Origin: an uncultured Candidatus Saccharibacteria bacterium | GTDB lineage: Bacteria > Patescibacteriota > Minisyncoccia > Phycocordibacterales > JAACPR01 | Assembly (NCBI GenBank): GCA_964470825.1 | Contig: CAYYEF010000002.1 | Coordinates: 1 to 62,035, forward strand | DNA length: 62,035 nt | Direction of reading: 5' to 3' | Shown here: one piece after another, positions 1 to 8,707 of the stretch | Layout of the letters: the number at the start of each line of letters is the position of its first letter | Numbering within the stretch: the first letter of the stretch is position 1 | Position numbers and translations under genes: made by a program | The notes under the pieces: model-generated | Databases searched by the model: none | What the model was told of the DNA's origin: nothing | Seen by the model: only the letters and a program-made list of their open reading frames with translations

Positions 1-40
1 CCTCTTCTTCTATTGTAATATCATCTTTTTCTTCATTCAT
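1..40 (-). CDS. N-terminal fragment of an unidentified protein (gene continues beyond window start)
   Basis: ATG at 38-40 (minus) reading MNEEKDDITIEEE...; preceded by a TATAAT box; too short for homology. Confidence 0.3.
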   Translation of the reverse strand, partial: MNEEKDDITIEEE

Positions 41-49
41 AGTGTGCTG

Positions 50-77
50 ATTATATCAAACAAAAAAGCCCGCGCAA
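50..77 (-). promoter_or_regulatory. predicted promoter TTGCGC-N16-TATAAT, -10 box 9 nt from ATG at 40
   Basis: minus-strand TTGCGC (72-77) and TATAAT (50-55) read directly. Confidence 0.4.
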
Positions 78-84
78 GATTTTT

Positions 85-113
85 AAAACAAAAAACCGCC
101 TTTTGAGGCAGTT
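85..113 (-). terminator. intrinsic terminator downstream of rpsI
   Basis: minus strand AACTGCC-TCAAAA-GGCGGTT (7 bp stem, one G-U) followed by TTTTTTGTTTT. Confidence 0.55.
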
Positions 114-124
114 CTTTGGGAGGA

Positions 125-535
125 TTATCGTTTTGACCAAGCTGGTGCTTTTCGAGCTTTTTTCAGACCGAATTTTCTTCGTTCTTTAATTCTAGCGTCT
201 CTTTTTAGGTAACCAAGTTTTTTAACAGCACCTCTTAGTTCAGGTTCGTTTTTGATTAAAGCGCGAGCGATACCAAGTCTAATAGCATCTGATTGTGATG
301 AAATACCTCCACCATTAACCTTGACTGAGACTGAGAATTTTTCTGTAGTTCCAGAATTGTTTATAGCGTCTTCGATGTTTTTTATTAAATAATCAACTGT
401 AAAATATTCATTAAGAGCTTTGTCGTTTACTGTATATGAAGTTTTTGAAGCTGGAGTAATTCTAACTCGAGCAACTGATTCTTTTCTTCGGCCTACTGCT
501 TCAATATATTTTTTTGTTGTTTTTGATTCTGCCAT
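125..535 (-). CDS. rpsI: 30S ribosomal protein S9
   Basis: GRRKESVARVRI..., GGGISSQSDAIRLGIARAL, C-terminal ...KAPAWSKR typical of S9; follows rplM as in the conserved L13-S9 operon. Confidence 0.96.
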   Translation of the reverse strand: MAESKTTKKYIEAVGRRKESVARVRITPASKTSYTVNDKALNEYFTVDYLIKNIEDAINNSGTTEKFSVSVKVNGGGISSQSDAIRLGIARALIKNEPELRGAVKKLGYLKRDARIKERRKFGLKKARKAPAWSKR

Positions 536-539
536 AAAA

Positions 540-881
540 CTATTCGCTAATTGTTAAATTATTCATTCTCTCGCTTTGTAATCTATTTCGAGGAATCATG
601 CCTTTGATAGCTTTTCTAAGAACTTCACCATAACCTTTTTTATCAATAACATGAGCCATTGAAGCAGATTTTAATCCTCCTGGATATCCACTGTATGTTT
701 TGTATGATTTTCCTGCCAATCTTTGTGCAGTAATTTTTAATTTTGAAGCATTTACAATTTTTACTTTTGAACCAGAAACAGCATTAGGTTGATAAGATGC
801 TTTATCTTTACCCATAAGAGCCATTGCAGCCTCAGTTGCAACTCTTCCTAGTGTTCTGTTTTGTGCGTCTATTTCTTTCAT
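540..881 (-). CDS. rplM: 50S ribosomal protein L13 (short form)
   Basis: IDAQNRTLGRVATEAAMALMGKDK..., PGGLK..., MIPRNRL motifs; track start at 899 is TTG and overlaps rplQ, the ATG at 881 fits the L13 N-terminus. Confidence 0.93.
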   Translation of the reverse strand: MKEIDAQNRTLGRVATEAAMALMGKDKASYQPNAVSGSKVKIVNASKLKITAQRLAGKSYKTYSGYPGGLKSASMAHVIDKKGYGEVLRKAIKGMIPRNRLQSERMNNLTISE

Positions 882-885
882 GTTT

Positions 886-1236
886 TTATACAAATTCAAT
901 TAAAGCCATTTTTGCACCATCGCTTAGTCTTGGTTGCAATTTAATAATTCTGGTATAACCACCATTTCGGTCTTGGTATTTTGGAGCAAAAGTCTCAATC
1001 AATTTCTTTGAAGCTGCTTCACTGTTGATTTTTGAAATAAGCAGACGTCGGTCGCTTAGATTTGCTTTTTTAGCTTGTGTAATAAGCTTTTCAACATATG
1101 GACGTAGTGATTTAGCTTTTGTTTCAGTTGTTGTGATTCTGCTATCACGAATAAGAGAAGTGGCCAAAGATCGCATCAAAGCCTTTCTTTGGTTCTTATC
1201 TCTACCGAATTTTTTGTTCTTATTGTGATGTCTCAT
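886..1236 (-). CDS. rplQ: 50S ribosomal protein L17
   Basis: MRHHNKNKKFGRDKNQRKALMRSLATSLI..., GGYTRIIKL...DGAKMALIEFV. Confidence 0.96.
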   Translation of the reverse strand: MRHHNKNKKFGRDKNQRKALMRSLATSLIRDSRITTTETKAKSLRPYVEKLITQAKKANLSDRRLLISKINSEAASKKLIETFAPKYQDRNGGYTRIIKLQPRLSDGAKMALIEFV

Positions 1237-1276
1237 GAATGGTTAGATTATCAGTTTTAGTATTATTTGTAAAGGC

Positions 1277-2239
1277 TTATTTCAAGATAATGCCGTGGTC
1301 ACCCAAAAGCTTCTTGATTTCTTGTAAACCTTTTGAACCCATTCCTTCAATATCTAGAATGTCTTCTTCTTTCTTTCGAGCAAGACCGCCAACAGTTCTA
1401 ATGTTTGCTGCTTCTAAAGCGTTGATTGTTCTTGAAGAAAGATTAAGAGTTTCGATTCTTGTTTTCAAAAAATCTTCTACTTCACCTTTATCTTCTGCGC
1501 TTGCTTCAATTTCGGCTGTAGCTTCTGAAACTTCTGCTACAATTTCTTCTTTGAAACCAACAATTGATTTAAGTTGAGTAATCATGATTTCAATTGATTT
1601 TTCTAGCGCTTTCTTAGGTGTAATAGTTCCGTCAGTTTCAATAGTAATTCGTAGTCTGTTGAAATCTGTTCTGTCGCCAACACGCATGTTTTCAGTTTCG
1701 TATTGTACTCGGCGAATTGGAGTAAAGTTTCCATCAAGGAAAATAGTTCCTACTTCTACTCGATCTTTTTGCAAAATGTCTTTTGGCACATAACCAATTC
1801 CGTTTCGAATTGTCATTTCAACCTCGATATCTTTTTTAGTTGTAACTGTGAAAAGATATTGATCAGGATTTTTAATTTCTACTTGAGATGAAGTTTCAAT
1901 ATCTCCTGCTCTTACTTCTTTTGGACCAGAAACTTTAATTTTTAAAGTTTGAGGTTCGTCGCTGTGTACTGAAGCTCGAATTTTCTTGATATTAAGAATG
2001 ATTGAGATAACGTCTTCTTTGACGCCTTCAATTGTTGAAAATTCATGACCAACGCCCTTAATTTTTAATTCTGTAATAGCTGAACCTGGTAGTGATGACA
2101 AGATAATTCTTCTTAGAGAATTACCAAGAGTGTGTCCATATCCTGGATATAGACCGTCTATTTCATAAACACCTTTAAAATTTTCTTCTACGACAATTTT
2201 TGGCTTTGATGGCAAAGCAATATTATTTTGATCTAACAT
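1277..2239 (-). CDS. rpoA: DNA-directed RNA polymerase subunit alpha
   Basis: GYGHTLGNSLRRILLSS-like NTD motif and C-terminal HhH CTD (LNLSSRTINALEAANIRTVGGL); rpsD-rpoA-rplQ synteny. Confidence 0.96.
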   Translation of the reverse strand: MLDQNNIALPSKPKIVVEENFKGVYEIDGLYPGYGHTLGNSLRRIILSSLPGSAITELKIKGVGHEFSTIEGVKEDVISIILNIKKIRASVHSDEPQTLKIKVSGPKEVRAGDIETSSQVEIKNPDQYLFTVTTKKDIEVEMTIRNGIGYVPKDILQKDRVEVGTIFLDGNFTPIRRVQYETENMRVGDRTDFNRLRITIETDGTITPKKALEKSIEIMITQLKSIVGFKEEIVAEVSEATAEIEASAEDKGEVEDFLKTRIETLNLSSRTINALEAANIRTVGGLARKKEEDILDIEGMGSKGLQEIKKLLGDHGIILK

Positions 2240-2310
2240 ACATGTGAACCGTTATTGATTACTAATAATTTGAATTACACTATAACTGTTTTTTTGACAT
2301 TTAGCAAGTT

Positions 2311-2913
2311 CTATCGTTTATAGAATTGCAGTACTGCTTGTAAATCGAAATGTGATTCCTTTGGAGAATAAGTAGGATCACCAACTAAAGCAACTGATTT
2401 CTTGGCAGCATCAACTTTTAGCCATGCTGGCACAATTACATCTTTGAATCTTTCTTCAAAGTCTGTGAATAGACCTTTTGATTTACTTGATTCTTTAACT
2501 TCAATGTTCATGTCTTTTGTTACGTGAGTTGAAGGAACAGTTGTTCTAACACCGTTTACTTTTACGTGTCCGTGAGAAACCATTTGACGTGCTTGTCTTC
2601 GAGTCTTTGCAAAACCTGCTCGTAGAATAATAGCGTCTAGTCTTGTTTCAAGAGCTTGGAATACAATTTCTGTTTGATTCTTTGTATTTGCTTCGATAAC
2701 TTTTTTAACATAATTAGAAAGTTGTTTTTCCGTAATACCGTATGTAAATCGAACTTTTTGCTTTTCAATTAATTGAGCTCCGTAGTTTGATCGAGCTTTT
2801 GAAAAAGTTTTCTTTCTTTTTTGTTCAGATAGGGCAAATTTAGGTGACTGTGTTTTTTCAAAAACAGCTGCTCCTAATCTTCTTGCAATTTTATATTTTG
2901 GTCCTATTTTCAT
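2311..2913 (-). CDS. rpsD: 30S ribosomal protein S4
   Basis: GPKYKIARRLG N-terminus, S4 RNA-binding domain (RLDAIILRAGFAKTRRQARQMVSHGHVKVNG). Confidence 0.96.
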   Translation of the reverse strand: MKIGPKYKIARRLGAAVFEKTQSPKFALSEQKRKKTFSKARSNYGAQLIEKQKVRFTYGITEKQLSNYVKKVIEANTKNQTEIVFQALETRLDAIILRAGFAKTRRQARQMVSHGHVKVNGVRTTVPSTHVTKDMNIEVKESSKSKGLFTDFEERFKDVIVPAWLKVDAAKKSVALVGDPTYSPKESHFDLQAVLQFYKR

Positions 2914-2921
2914 ATATTATT

Positions 2922-3350
2922 TTATACTCTTCGTGGTTTCTTAGGTTTTGGTCCATTGTGAGGAACCGGTGTTTTGTCGACAACTGATAATAATTGGATA
3001 CCTTTGCTGATAAATCCTCTGATTGAAGATTCACGGCCAGCTCCTACGCCCTTTACAACTACGTGGATTTTCTTTAGACCCATTAGTTCTGCTTTTTCAA
3101 TCAAAGTTTCTGCGGCTTTTGCAGCAGCAAATGGAGTTCCTTTTTTAGCGCCTTTAAATCCTAGAGAACCGCTTGATGCTGAGCAAATAGCATTTCCTTT
3201 TTCATCAGTTAAAAGTAGTTTTGTGTTATTGAAAGTTGATTGAACATACAAAACGCCAGTTTCTAGTTTTCTTCTAGATAATTTTTTTGAAGCTGCACCC
3301 TTTTGTGCTGAATCTTCGCTACCTTTTTTTACAATTCTTTTCTTTCCCAT
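2922..3350 (-). CDS. rpsK: 30S ribosomal protein S11
   Basis: GVLYVQSTFNNT...SSGSLGFKGAKKGTPFAA...VVVKGVGAGRES motifs. Confidence 0.96.
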   Translation of the reverse strand: MGKKRIVKKGSEDSAQKGAASKKLSRRKLETGVLYVQSTFNNTKLLLTDEKGNAICSASSGSLGFKGAKKGTPFAAAKAAETLIEKAELMGLKKIHVVVKGVGAGRESSIRGFISKGIQLLSVVDKTPVPHNGPKPKKPRRV

Positions 3351-3369
3351 ATTTCTATATTATATCTGA

Positions 3370-3750
3370 TTATTTCTTATCAACTGTCTTTCGTCCTGAA
3401 CCCATAGTCTTTCGAGCGTTACCACGGATAGTTCGAGAATTAGTTTTTGTTCTTTGTCCTCGAGCAGGAAGTCTTTTTGCATGTCGACTACCTCTGTATG
3501 ATTGAATATCTTTTAGTCTTTTGATATTTGAAGAAATTTCTCTTTTTAGATCTCCTTCTAGTTTGAATTGTTCTACAATTTCTCGGATCTTGTTTTCTTC
3601 ATCAGTTGTTAGATCTTTTGATTTCTTTCCATAATCGATACCTGCTTCATCCAAGATTTTGTGAGCGCGAGAACGACCAATACCATAAATGGAAATTAGT
3701 CCCATCTCTAATCTTTTTTCATCTGGAATTGTGATTCCTAATATACGCAT
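3370..3750 (-). CDS. rpsM: 30S ribosomal protein S13
   Basis: MRILGITIP..., IYGIGRSRA..., SYRGSRHAKRLPARGQRTKTN. Confidence 0.96.
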   Translation of the reverse strand: MRILGITIPDEKRLEMGLISIYGIGRSRAHKILDEAGIDYGKKSKDLTTDEENKIREIVEQFKLEGDLKREISSNIKRLKDIQSYRGSRHAKRLPARGQRTKTNSRTIRGNARKTMGSGRKTVDKK

Positions 3751-3791
3751 AGTGAAAACTAAACTATCAAATAATTAATAAAATGTAAAGC

Positions 3792-3905
3792 CTAGCCTTG
3801 GCGTTGCTTGTGGCGTGGGTTTTTACATGTAATGTAAACTCGACCTTTTCTTCTAAGGGTCTTACAATTTCTGCATTTTTTTGTAACTGATGATTGAACT
3901 CTCAT
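3792..3905 (-). CDS. rpmJ: 50S ribosomal protein L36 (37 aa, missing from the ORF track because it is under 60 aa)
   Basis: hand translation [37 protein letters not shown]; CxxC...C...H zinc-ribbon pattern; canonical infA-rpmJ-rpsM position. Confidence 0.92.
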   Translation of the reverse strand: MRVQSSVTKKCRNCKTLRRKGRVYITCKNPRHKQRQG

Positions 3906-3910
3906 ATTGT

Positions 3911-4126
3911 TTAATTTCTTTTAAAAATTCTAGCTTTTCCCCCATATGGATCAAGGGTGACAGAGACTTTGTCTCCAAGGATAACTTTGATTCGATGCAT
4001 TCGCATTTTACCTGCTAAAAAGGCTAATACTTCTCTACCATCATCAAGTAAAACTTTGAACATGGTATTAGGCAATGCCTCAATAACTACTCCTTCGGCT
4101 GTATTTTCAATGTTATTTTTATCCAT
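3911..4126 (-). CDS. infA: translation initiation factor IF-1
   Basis: [45 protein letters not shown]1-like fold. Confidence 0.96.
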   Translation of the reverse strand: MDKNNIENTAEGVVIEALPNTMFKVLLDDGREVLAFLAGKMRMHRIKVILGDKVSVTLDPYGGKARIFKRN

Positions 4127-4142
4127 TTATATACGAATTTCT

Positions 4143-4170
4143 ATAATATCAGAGCTTTTAATAAAGTCAA
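4143..4170 (-). promoter_or_regulatory. predicted promoter TTGACT-N16-TATTAT upstream of infA
   Basis: hexamers read on minus strand; -10 lies 16 nt from the infA ATG. Confidence 0.4.
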
Positions 4171-4175
4171 CACAA

Positions 4176-5666
4176 TTATTCTATTTCAATGTTTATTTTG
4201 TTTGTGTTTTTAGGAAAGTCACTATTCCAGAATAGACTGAAGGTTGCGCCAGCTGTAGTTATTCCAGGATATTTAGAAATTATTTGAGAAAGTTCTTTCT
4301 TGTCTTTTCCTGCTAAGTCTTTTTTTATTTGTTCTAAATCATTTTGCCATACCAATACAGCGTCACCAGAGACATTTAATATTTCATTGTTTTGAATAAC
4401 TTCTTTGTTGTTTTCGATATTATTTTCTTTTAATGAAATGGCTAAAGTGTCAGGGTCTTTGATAAGGACAGGATTTCCGTCATAATCTCGACCACCTTTC
4501 TCAGCTACTTTTTTAGAAAGCTCACTTTTTGCAATAACATAAACTTTTGCATTACCAGAAAGTGAGATTTCTACTTTTTTACCTGATGCATTATTTTGTT
4601 TTGGAGCTAAGAAGACAAAGTTTTTAGGAGAATATACATACATATAGTTTTCAGTATTTTGCTCCTTAATTTTAGCAATTATTTTTTCTGTAATTTGTCC
4701 TTGTAGTTCAGTCACATAATTATTTAGAGCTTGTTCTGAAACAGTGTTTTTTGTTCCAACAAAACCACCAGACATTTCTGTTTTTGATTTAGCATAAAAG
4801 AAATCATACTGTTCTTGATCTTTAAAACCAGGAATTTTGAAGTCTGTTAGGCCGATATTATATTTTTCCCCTGGTTGGTCAGCAAAAACCTCCACATCTA
4901 TACTGCCAGGTGTCTTTTTACCAGCAGATTCAGTGTATCCAGGAACAGTTATAGAGTTCTTAATTCTGTAAACTAATCCTTCTTTTGTCTCAAAACGTGT
5001 ATTTTGGATAAGTTTTTGACCTTCAGTGTTGAATTCGTTATAAACAGTGATAACACCAGAAGCTTTGTTTTCTACAGATTCTTCTTTTTCTGCTTCTACA
5101 GTCTTGGCTGCTGTTTCGTTAATTTCTAAAACTTTATAATTTAAAAGCTCTTTATTACCAACTTTTTCATCAATAATTGGAATATCTATGTTTAGATTTG
5201 TTAGTTCACTAGTTTTAGGAGTAATAATAACTTTGGCACTAGCAAAGAATGAAGAAATACCAACAAAAATTAAAATAAGTGCAACTACTGAAGCAAGAGT
5301 CAGTACTAATGGAAAACCTTTACCTCCATTATTGTTATTTCTACTGTGACGATGATGAGTTCGAACGGGTTCTTCATCCTCTTCTTCCTCAATTCTTCGA
5401 GCAAAATCATTTATTGTGATAGGTTCTTTGTCTCTCTGCTCATTTATAAAATTAGAAATAGGTTCTTTCTTAATATCATCCATTTTCATCTCTTCCCTTA
5501 GATCAAGGTCTTTCTTGGTCGTTCTATGAGTGGACACTTTTTTAATGGGTGCCATATCAACTGAACTAATTCTATCTTTCTTACGAGTTGGTACAGGAAT
5601 ATCTTTTATAGATCTCTTTTGAATTGGTGATTTAATACCGTCTAAATAATTTTTTTCTTCATTCAT
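4176..5666 (-). CDS. hypothetical bitopic membrane protein (about 125-aa charged/disordered cytoplasmic N-terminus, one TM, about 350-aa beta-rich exterior)
   Basis: TM segment FPLVLTLASVVALILIFVGISSFF; exterior has VITVYNEF...TRFETKEGLVYR...PGSIDVEVFADQPGEKYNI, which from memory resembles repeats annotated baseplate-J-like in CPR; no firm family call. Confidence 0.6.
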   Translation of the reverse strand: MNEEKNYLDGIKSPIQKRSIKDIPVPTRKKDRISSVDMAPIKKVSTHRTTKKDLDLREEMKMDDIKKEPISNFINEQRDKEPITINDFARRIEEEEDEEPVRTHHRHSRNNNNGGKGFPLVLTLASVVALILIFVGISSFFASAKVIITPKTSELTNLNIDIPIIDEKVGNKELLNYKVLEINETAAKTVEAEKEESVENKASGVITVYNEFNTEGQKLIQNTRFETKEGLVYRIKNSITVPGYTESAGKKTPGSIDVEVFADQPGEKYNIGLTDFKIPGFKDQEQYDFFYAKSKTEMSGGFVGTKNTVSEQALNNYVTELQGQITEKIIAKIKEQNTENYMYVYSPKNFVFLAPKQNNASGKKVEISLSGNAKVYVIAKSELSKKVAEKGGRDYDGNPVLIKDPDTLAISLKENNIENNKEVIQNNEILNVSGDAVLVWQNDLEQIKKDLAGKDKKELSQIISKYPGITTAGATFSLFWNSDFPKNTNKINIEIE

Positions 5667-5681
5667 AATAATTTCTTAATG

Positions 5682-6851
5682 TTAATGTGTATTTGTATAC
5701 ATTTTAACAAAATTAGAGAATATTGAAATTATGTTATCAGCACGAACCCCAGGACTATAAAGACAAAGGTTACTAAAGGTTTCTTTATTAAAAGAAATTA
5801 TGTCTGGTTTCTTGGACATTTTAAGGGTGCCTGCGTATCCATCAGCACTTTCAAAAATATTTCTTATCAAATTTCTGACTTCTTCATCTGAAATAATGAA
5901 AATTTTAGTAGGAATATCAATAACCTTTTCTTCTTGGAAAGAATTTTTCACAAGTTCTAAGTAGTAATCTTTTATGTGTTCAAAAACTTTTTCAATTTTA
6001 GCTCTTGAGCGAGGTTCATTTTTTTTATCGAGAAAAAGATTCAAATGAGACCAAGAGGTGTATAAATCAAAACCATACATTTCGGAAAGTTTTCTAGTGA
6101 AAATATGAGAACCTACAGGAATGGTCATATGTTTTTTAAAGAAGGAGTGACGAACTATACTTATTTCAGTCATCTCTCCACTAACATCCAGTAATACGTA
6201 GTCATTTGCAGTATAAAAATAGTTTTTAAGAAAAGAATATAAGACCGAAGTATGTGAATGGCTGATTATTTCATCAACATGAAAATTATCTTTTATAATA
6301 TTCTCAATATCATTTTTTGTTTCGGCTGAAATATGAGAAATATAAAATGAAAGTTTTACATCTTTAGTCTTTTTATCAAATGGGTCATTAGTTTCATAAC
6401 CATTTATTAATATTGAAGCGACATTTTTTTCAATAATATCCCCGTCTATACTTTTTTCTAGTTCTTTTGTGGCATTTTTAACTATTTTTGATAACAAGTC
6501 TTTTTTAAAAATAAAGTTTTTGTCTTGTTCGTAATGAATATCTAGAAAATCAGGAGTATACCAAGGAGAACCATATAAAACATGAATTTCTGATATTTTA
6601 TTATCAATATCAGGATCATTTATTTTAAATGAATTTATTTCTTTAATTATTTTTTTCAAAGCAACATGAGCACGATTAATAAATTCATCTGGTTTAGGTG
6701 CTTCACTAAAATAATAATGTTCTCTTCTTACAAATAGAATTTTAGGTACAGAAATTTCTGGGTTAACACTTATAATTGAAGCAGCAACACTTGAGCTTCT
6801 AAAATCAAATAGAATTATTTTTTTACTTTTATTCTTCCCACCAAAAAACAT
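5682..6851 (-). CDS. actin-fold (FtsA/PilM-like) ATPase-family protein, divergent
   Basis: phosphate-1-like ILFDFRSSSVAASII, phosphate-2-like LLDVSGEMTEISIV, FtsA-like IPVGSHIFTRKL; the adenosine motif is not recognisable. Confidence 0.55.
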   Translation of the reverse strand: MFFGGKNKSKKIILFDFRSSSVAASIISVNPEISVPKILFVRREHYYFSEAPKPDEFINRAHVALKKIIKEINSFKINDPDIDNKISEIHVLYGSPWYTPDFLDIHYEQDKNFIFKKDLLSKIVKNATKELEKSIDGDIIEKNVASILINGYETNDPFDKKTKDVKLSFYISHISAETKNDIENIIKDNFHVDEIISHSHTSVLYSFLKNYFYTANDYVLLDVSGEMTEISIVRHSFFKKHMTIPVGSHIFTRKLSEMYGFDLYTSWSHLNLFLDKKNEPRSRAKIEKVFEHIKDYYLELVKNSFQEEKVIDIPTKIFIISDEEVRNLIRNIFESADGYAGTLKMSKKPDIISFNKETFSNLCLYSPGVRADNIISIFSNFVKMYTNTH

Positions 6852-6858
6852 CCCTTTC

Positions 6859-6864
6859 AGTATA
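6859..6864 (-). promoter_or_regulatory. -10 box TATACT, 7 nt from ATG 6851 (leaderless-type)
   Basis: read on minus strand; the GAAAGGG between box and ATG abuts the ATG and cannot act as an SD. Confidence 0.4.
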
Positions 6865-6913
6865 ACAAAAGCAGAAAAATCTTGTTAGTGGAAATTTATT
6901 TAGAAGTTGATAA

Positions 6914-8695
6914 TTATTCTAAGATTGCTTTTATTCTTCTAACGCCAGCAGAAACTGCTTCTTCTTTTGAAATTTTAAAATGACCAAGTTCAGATGTATT
7001 TTTAACATGAGGTCCACCACAAAATTCTTTTGAGAAAGCGGTTTCAAGAGAGTCTCCAATATAATACACAGTGACTTCATCAGGATATTTTTCACCAAAG
7101 AAATGTCTAGCGCCTGTTTTTTCAGCTTCTTCTTTTGGTAAGGTTACAACATTTACTGGTAAGGCTTCGGTAATTTTTTGATTTACAATTTCTTCAACAT
7201 GCTTTTTTTGTTCATCTGTCATTTTCTCTGAGTGAGTAAAATCAAAACGTAAACGCTCAGGAGTAATGTTGCTTCCTTTTTGTGAGACGTGATCACCTAA
7301 AACTTCGTGCAAGGCTTGATGCAATAAATGAGTAGCAGTGTGATATTTTACAGACATTTCACTTGTATCACCCAAACCACCCTTAAATTTTTGCTCTGCC
7401 CCTTGGCGTGAAAGTTCTTGATGTTTTTTAAATTCTTCATTAAAACCATCGACATCGACAGAAATACTTTTTTCTTTTGCCAATTCAAGAGTTAATTCGA
7501 TAGGAAAACCATAGCTTGAAAAAAGAAGGAAGGCGTCAGCTCCATTAATATTTGAAACTGCTAGCTTATTAAAATTTTTCAAACCATCTTGCAGAGTTTT
7601 TCTAAATTTATTTTCTTCATTTTCAATCTCACCAAGAATTTCTTTTTGTAAATCTGATACTTTTGGATAAACTTCTGAATAAGTTTCAATGACTGATTCA
7701 GCAACTTTTACCAAAGAACCTTTATCCATTTCCAAAGCATCTGATTGTAAAATAGCTCGACGAAGTAATCGACGCAGAATATAACCCTGATCAGTATTTG
7801 AGGCTTTAACTCCATCAGAAATTAACATAACACTAGTTCTAAGGTGATCAGCTACAATTCTTTCTGCCCGAGTATTTTGTTGTTTTGAAAAATGACGAAT
7901 GGTACCAATAATTTTTTCAAATATATCTGTATCAAATATATTATTCTTACCTTGCAAAACCATAGTGACACGCTCGAAACCAGAACCAGTGTCTACGTTT
8001 TTTTGAGAAAGTTTTCCGATAACTTTTCCATCCTTCTTTTCATATTCCATGAATACATCATTCCAAATTTCAACAACTTCTTGTTTTTCATCAGCAACCA
8101 AATATTCTTCATGAATTAGGCCATTAGTATATTTTCCGGTTAAATCATAAAACATTTCCGTATCAGGACCACAAGGACCATTGTCTCCAGGGCTCCACCA
8201 GTTATTTTTGGCTGGTAAAAAGAAAATACGATTTCCTGAAATGCCATTTTTATCAAAAATTTCTTGCCATATTTTTGCAGACTCTTCATCACGAGGAGCA
8301 TTTTCATCTCCTTCAAAACAAGTAACATAAAGCCGATTAGGATCAAGACCAAAACCTTTTTCTTTATCAGTCAGCAATTCATAACTCCAATTAATCGCTT
8401 CTGTTTTAAAATAATCTCCAAGAGACCAATTTCCCATCATTTCAAAAAAAGTAGCATGGGTATTGTCTCCAATATCATCTAAATCTCCTGTTCGAACACA
8501 TTTCTGGAAATTGGCTAACCGAGTGCCCAGGGGGTGTTTTTGGCCCAATAAATAAGGCACTAGAGGCTGCATTCCAGCAGTATTAAACAAAACAGAAGAG
8601 TCGTTTTCAGGAATAAGAGAAGCAGAAGGAATTATGGCATGATCCCTTTCTTCAAAAAAAGACAAGAATTTTTTACGTATTTCTGTTGATTTCAT
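6914..8695 (-). CDS. alaS: alanine--tRNA ligase, short form (593 aa: catalytic, tRNA-recognition and editing domains; no C-Ala domain)
   Basis: IRKKFLSFFEERDH..., FNTAGMQP, editing-domain HTATHLLHQAL and CGGPHV motifs; protein ends soon after the editing domain. Confidence 0.93.
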   Translation of the reverse strand: MKSTEIRKKFLSFFEERDHAIIPSASLIPENDSSVLFNTAGMQPLVPYLLGQKHPLGTRLANFQKCVRTGDLDDIGDNTHATFFEMMGNWSLGDYFKTEAINWSYELLTDKEKGFGLDPNRLYVTCFEGDENAPRDEESAKIWQEIFDKNGISGNRIFFLPAKNNWWSPGDNGPCGPDTEMFYDLTGKYTNGLIHEEYLVADEKQEVVEIWNDVFMEYEKKDGKVIGKLSQKNVDTGSGFERVTMVLQGKNNIFDTDIFEKIIGTIRHFSKQQNTRAERIVADHLRTSVMLISDGVKASNTDQGYILRRLLRRAILQSDALEMDKGSLVKVAESVIETYSEVYPKVSDLQKEILGEIENEENKFRKTLQDGLKNFNKLAVSNINGADAFLLFSSYGFPIELTLELAKEKSISVDVDGFNEEFKKHQELSRQGAEQKFKGGLGDTSEMSVKYHTATHLLHQALHEVLGDHVSQKGSNITPERLRFDFTHSEKMTDEQKKHVEEIVNQKITEALPVNVVTLPKEEAEKTGARHFFGEKYPDEVTVYYIGDSLETAFSKEFCGGPHVKNTSELGHFKISKEEAVSAGVRRIKAILE

Positions 8696-8707
8696 AAAAT
8701 GATATTA

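Noticed and set aside
6852-6858. GAAAGGG upstream of the actin-like gene as a Shine-Dalgarno sequence.
   Set aside because: It abuts the ATG with zero spacing, too close to function as an RBS. It is better explained as the spacer between a TATACT -10 box and a leaderless start.
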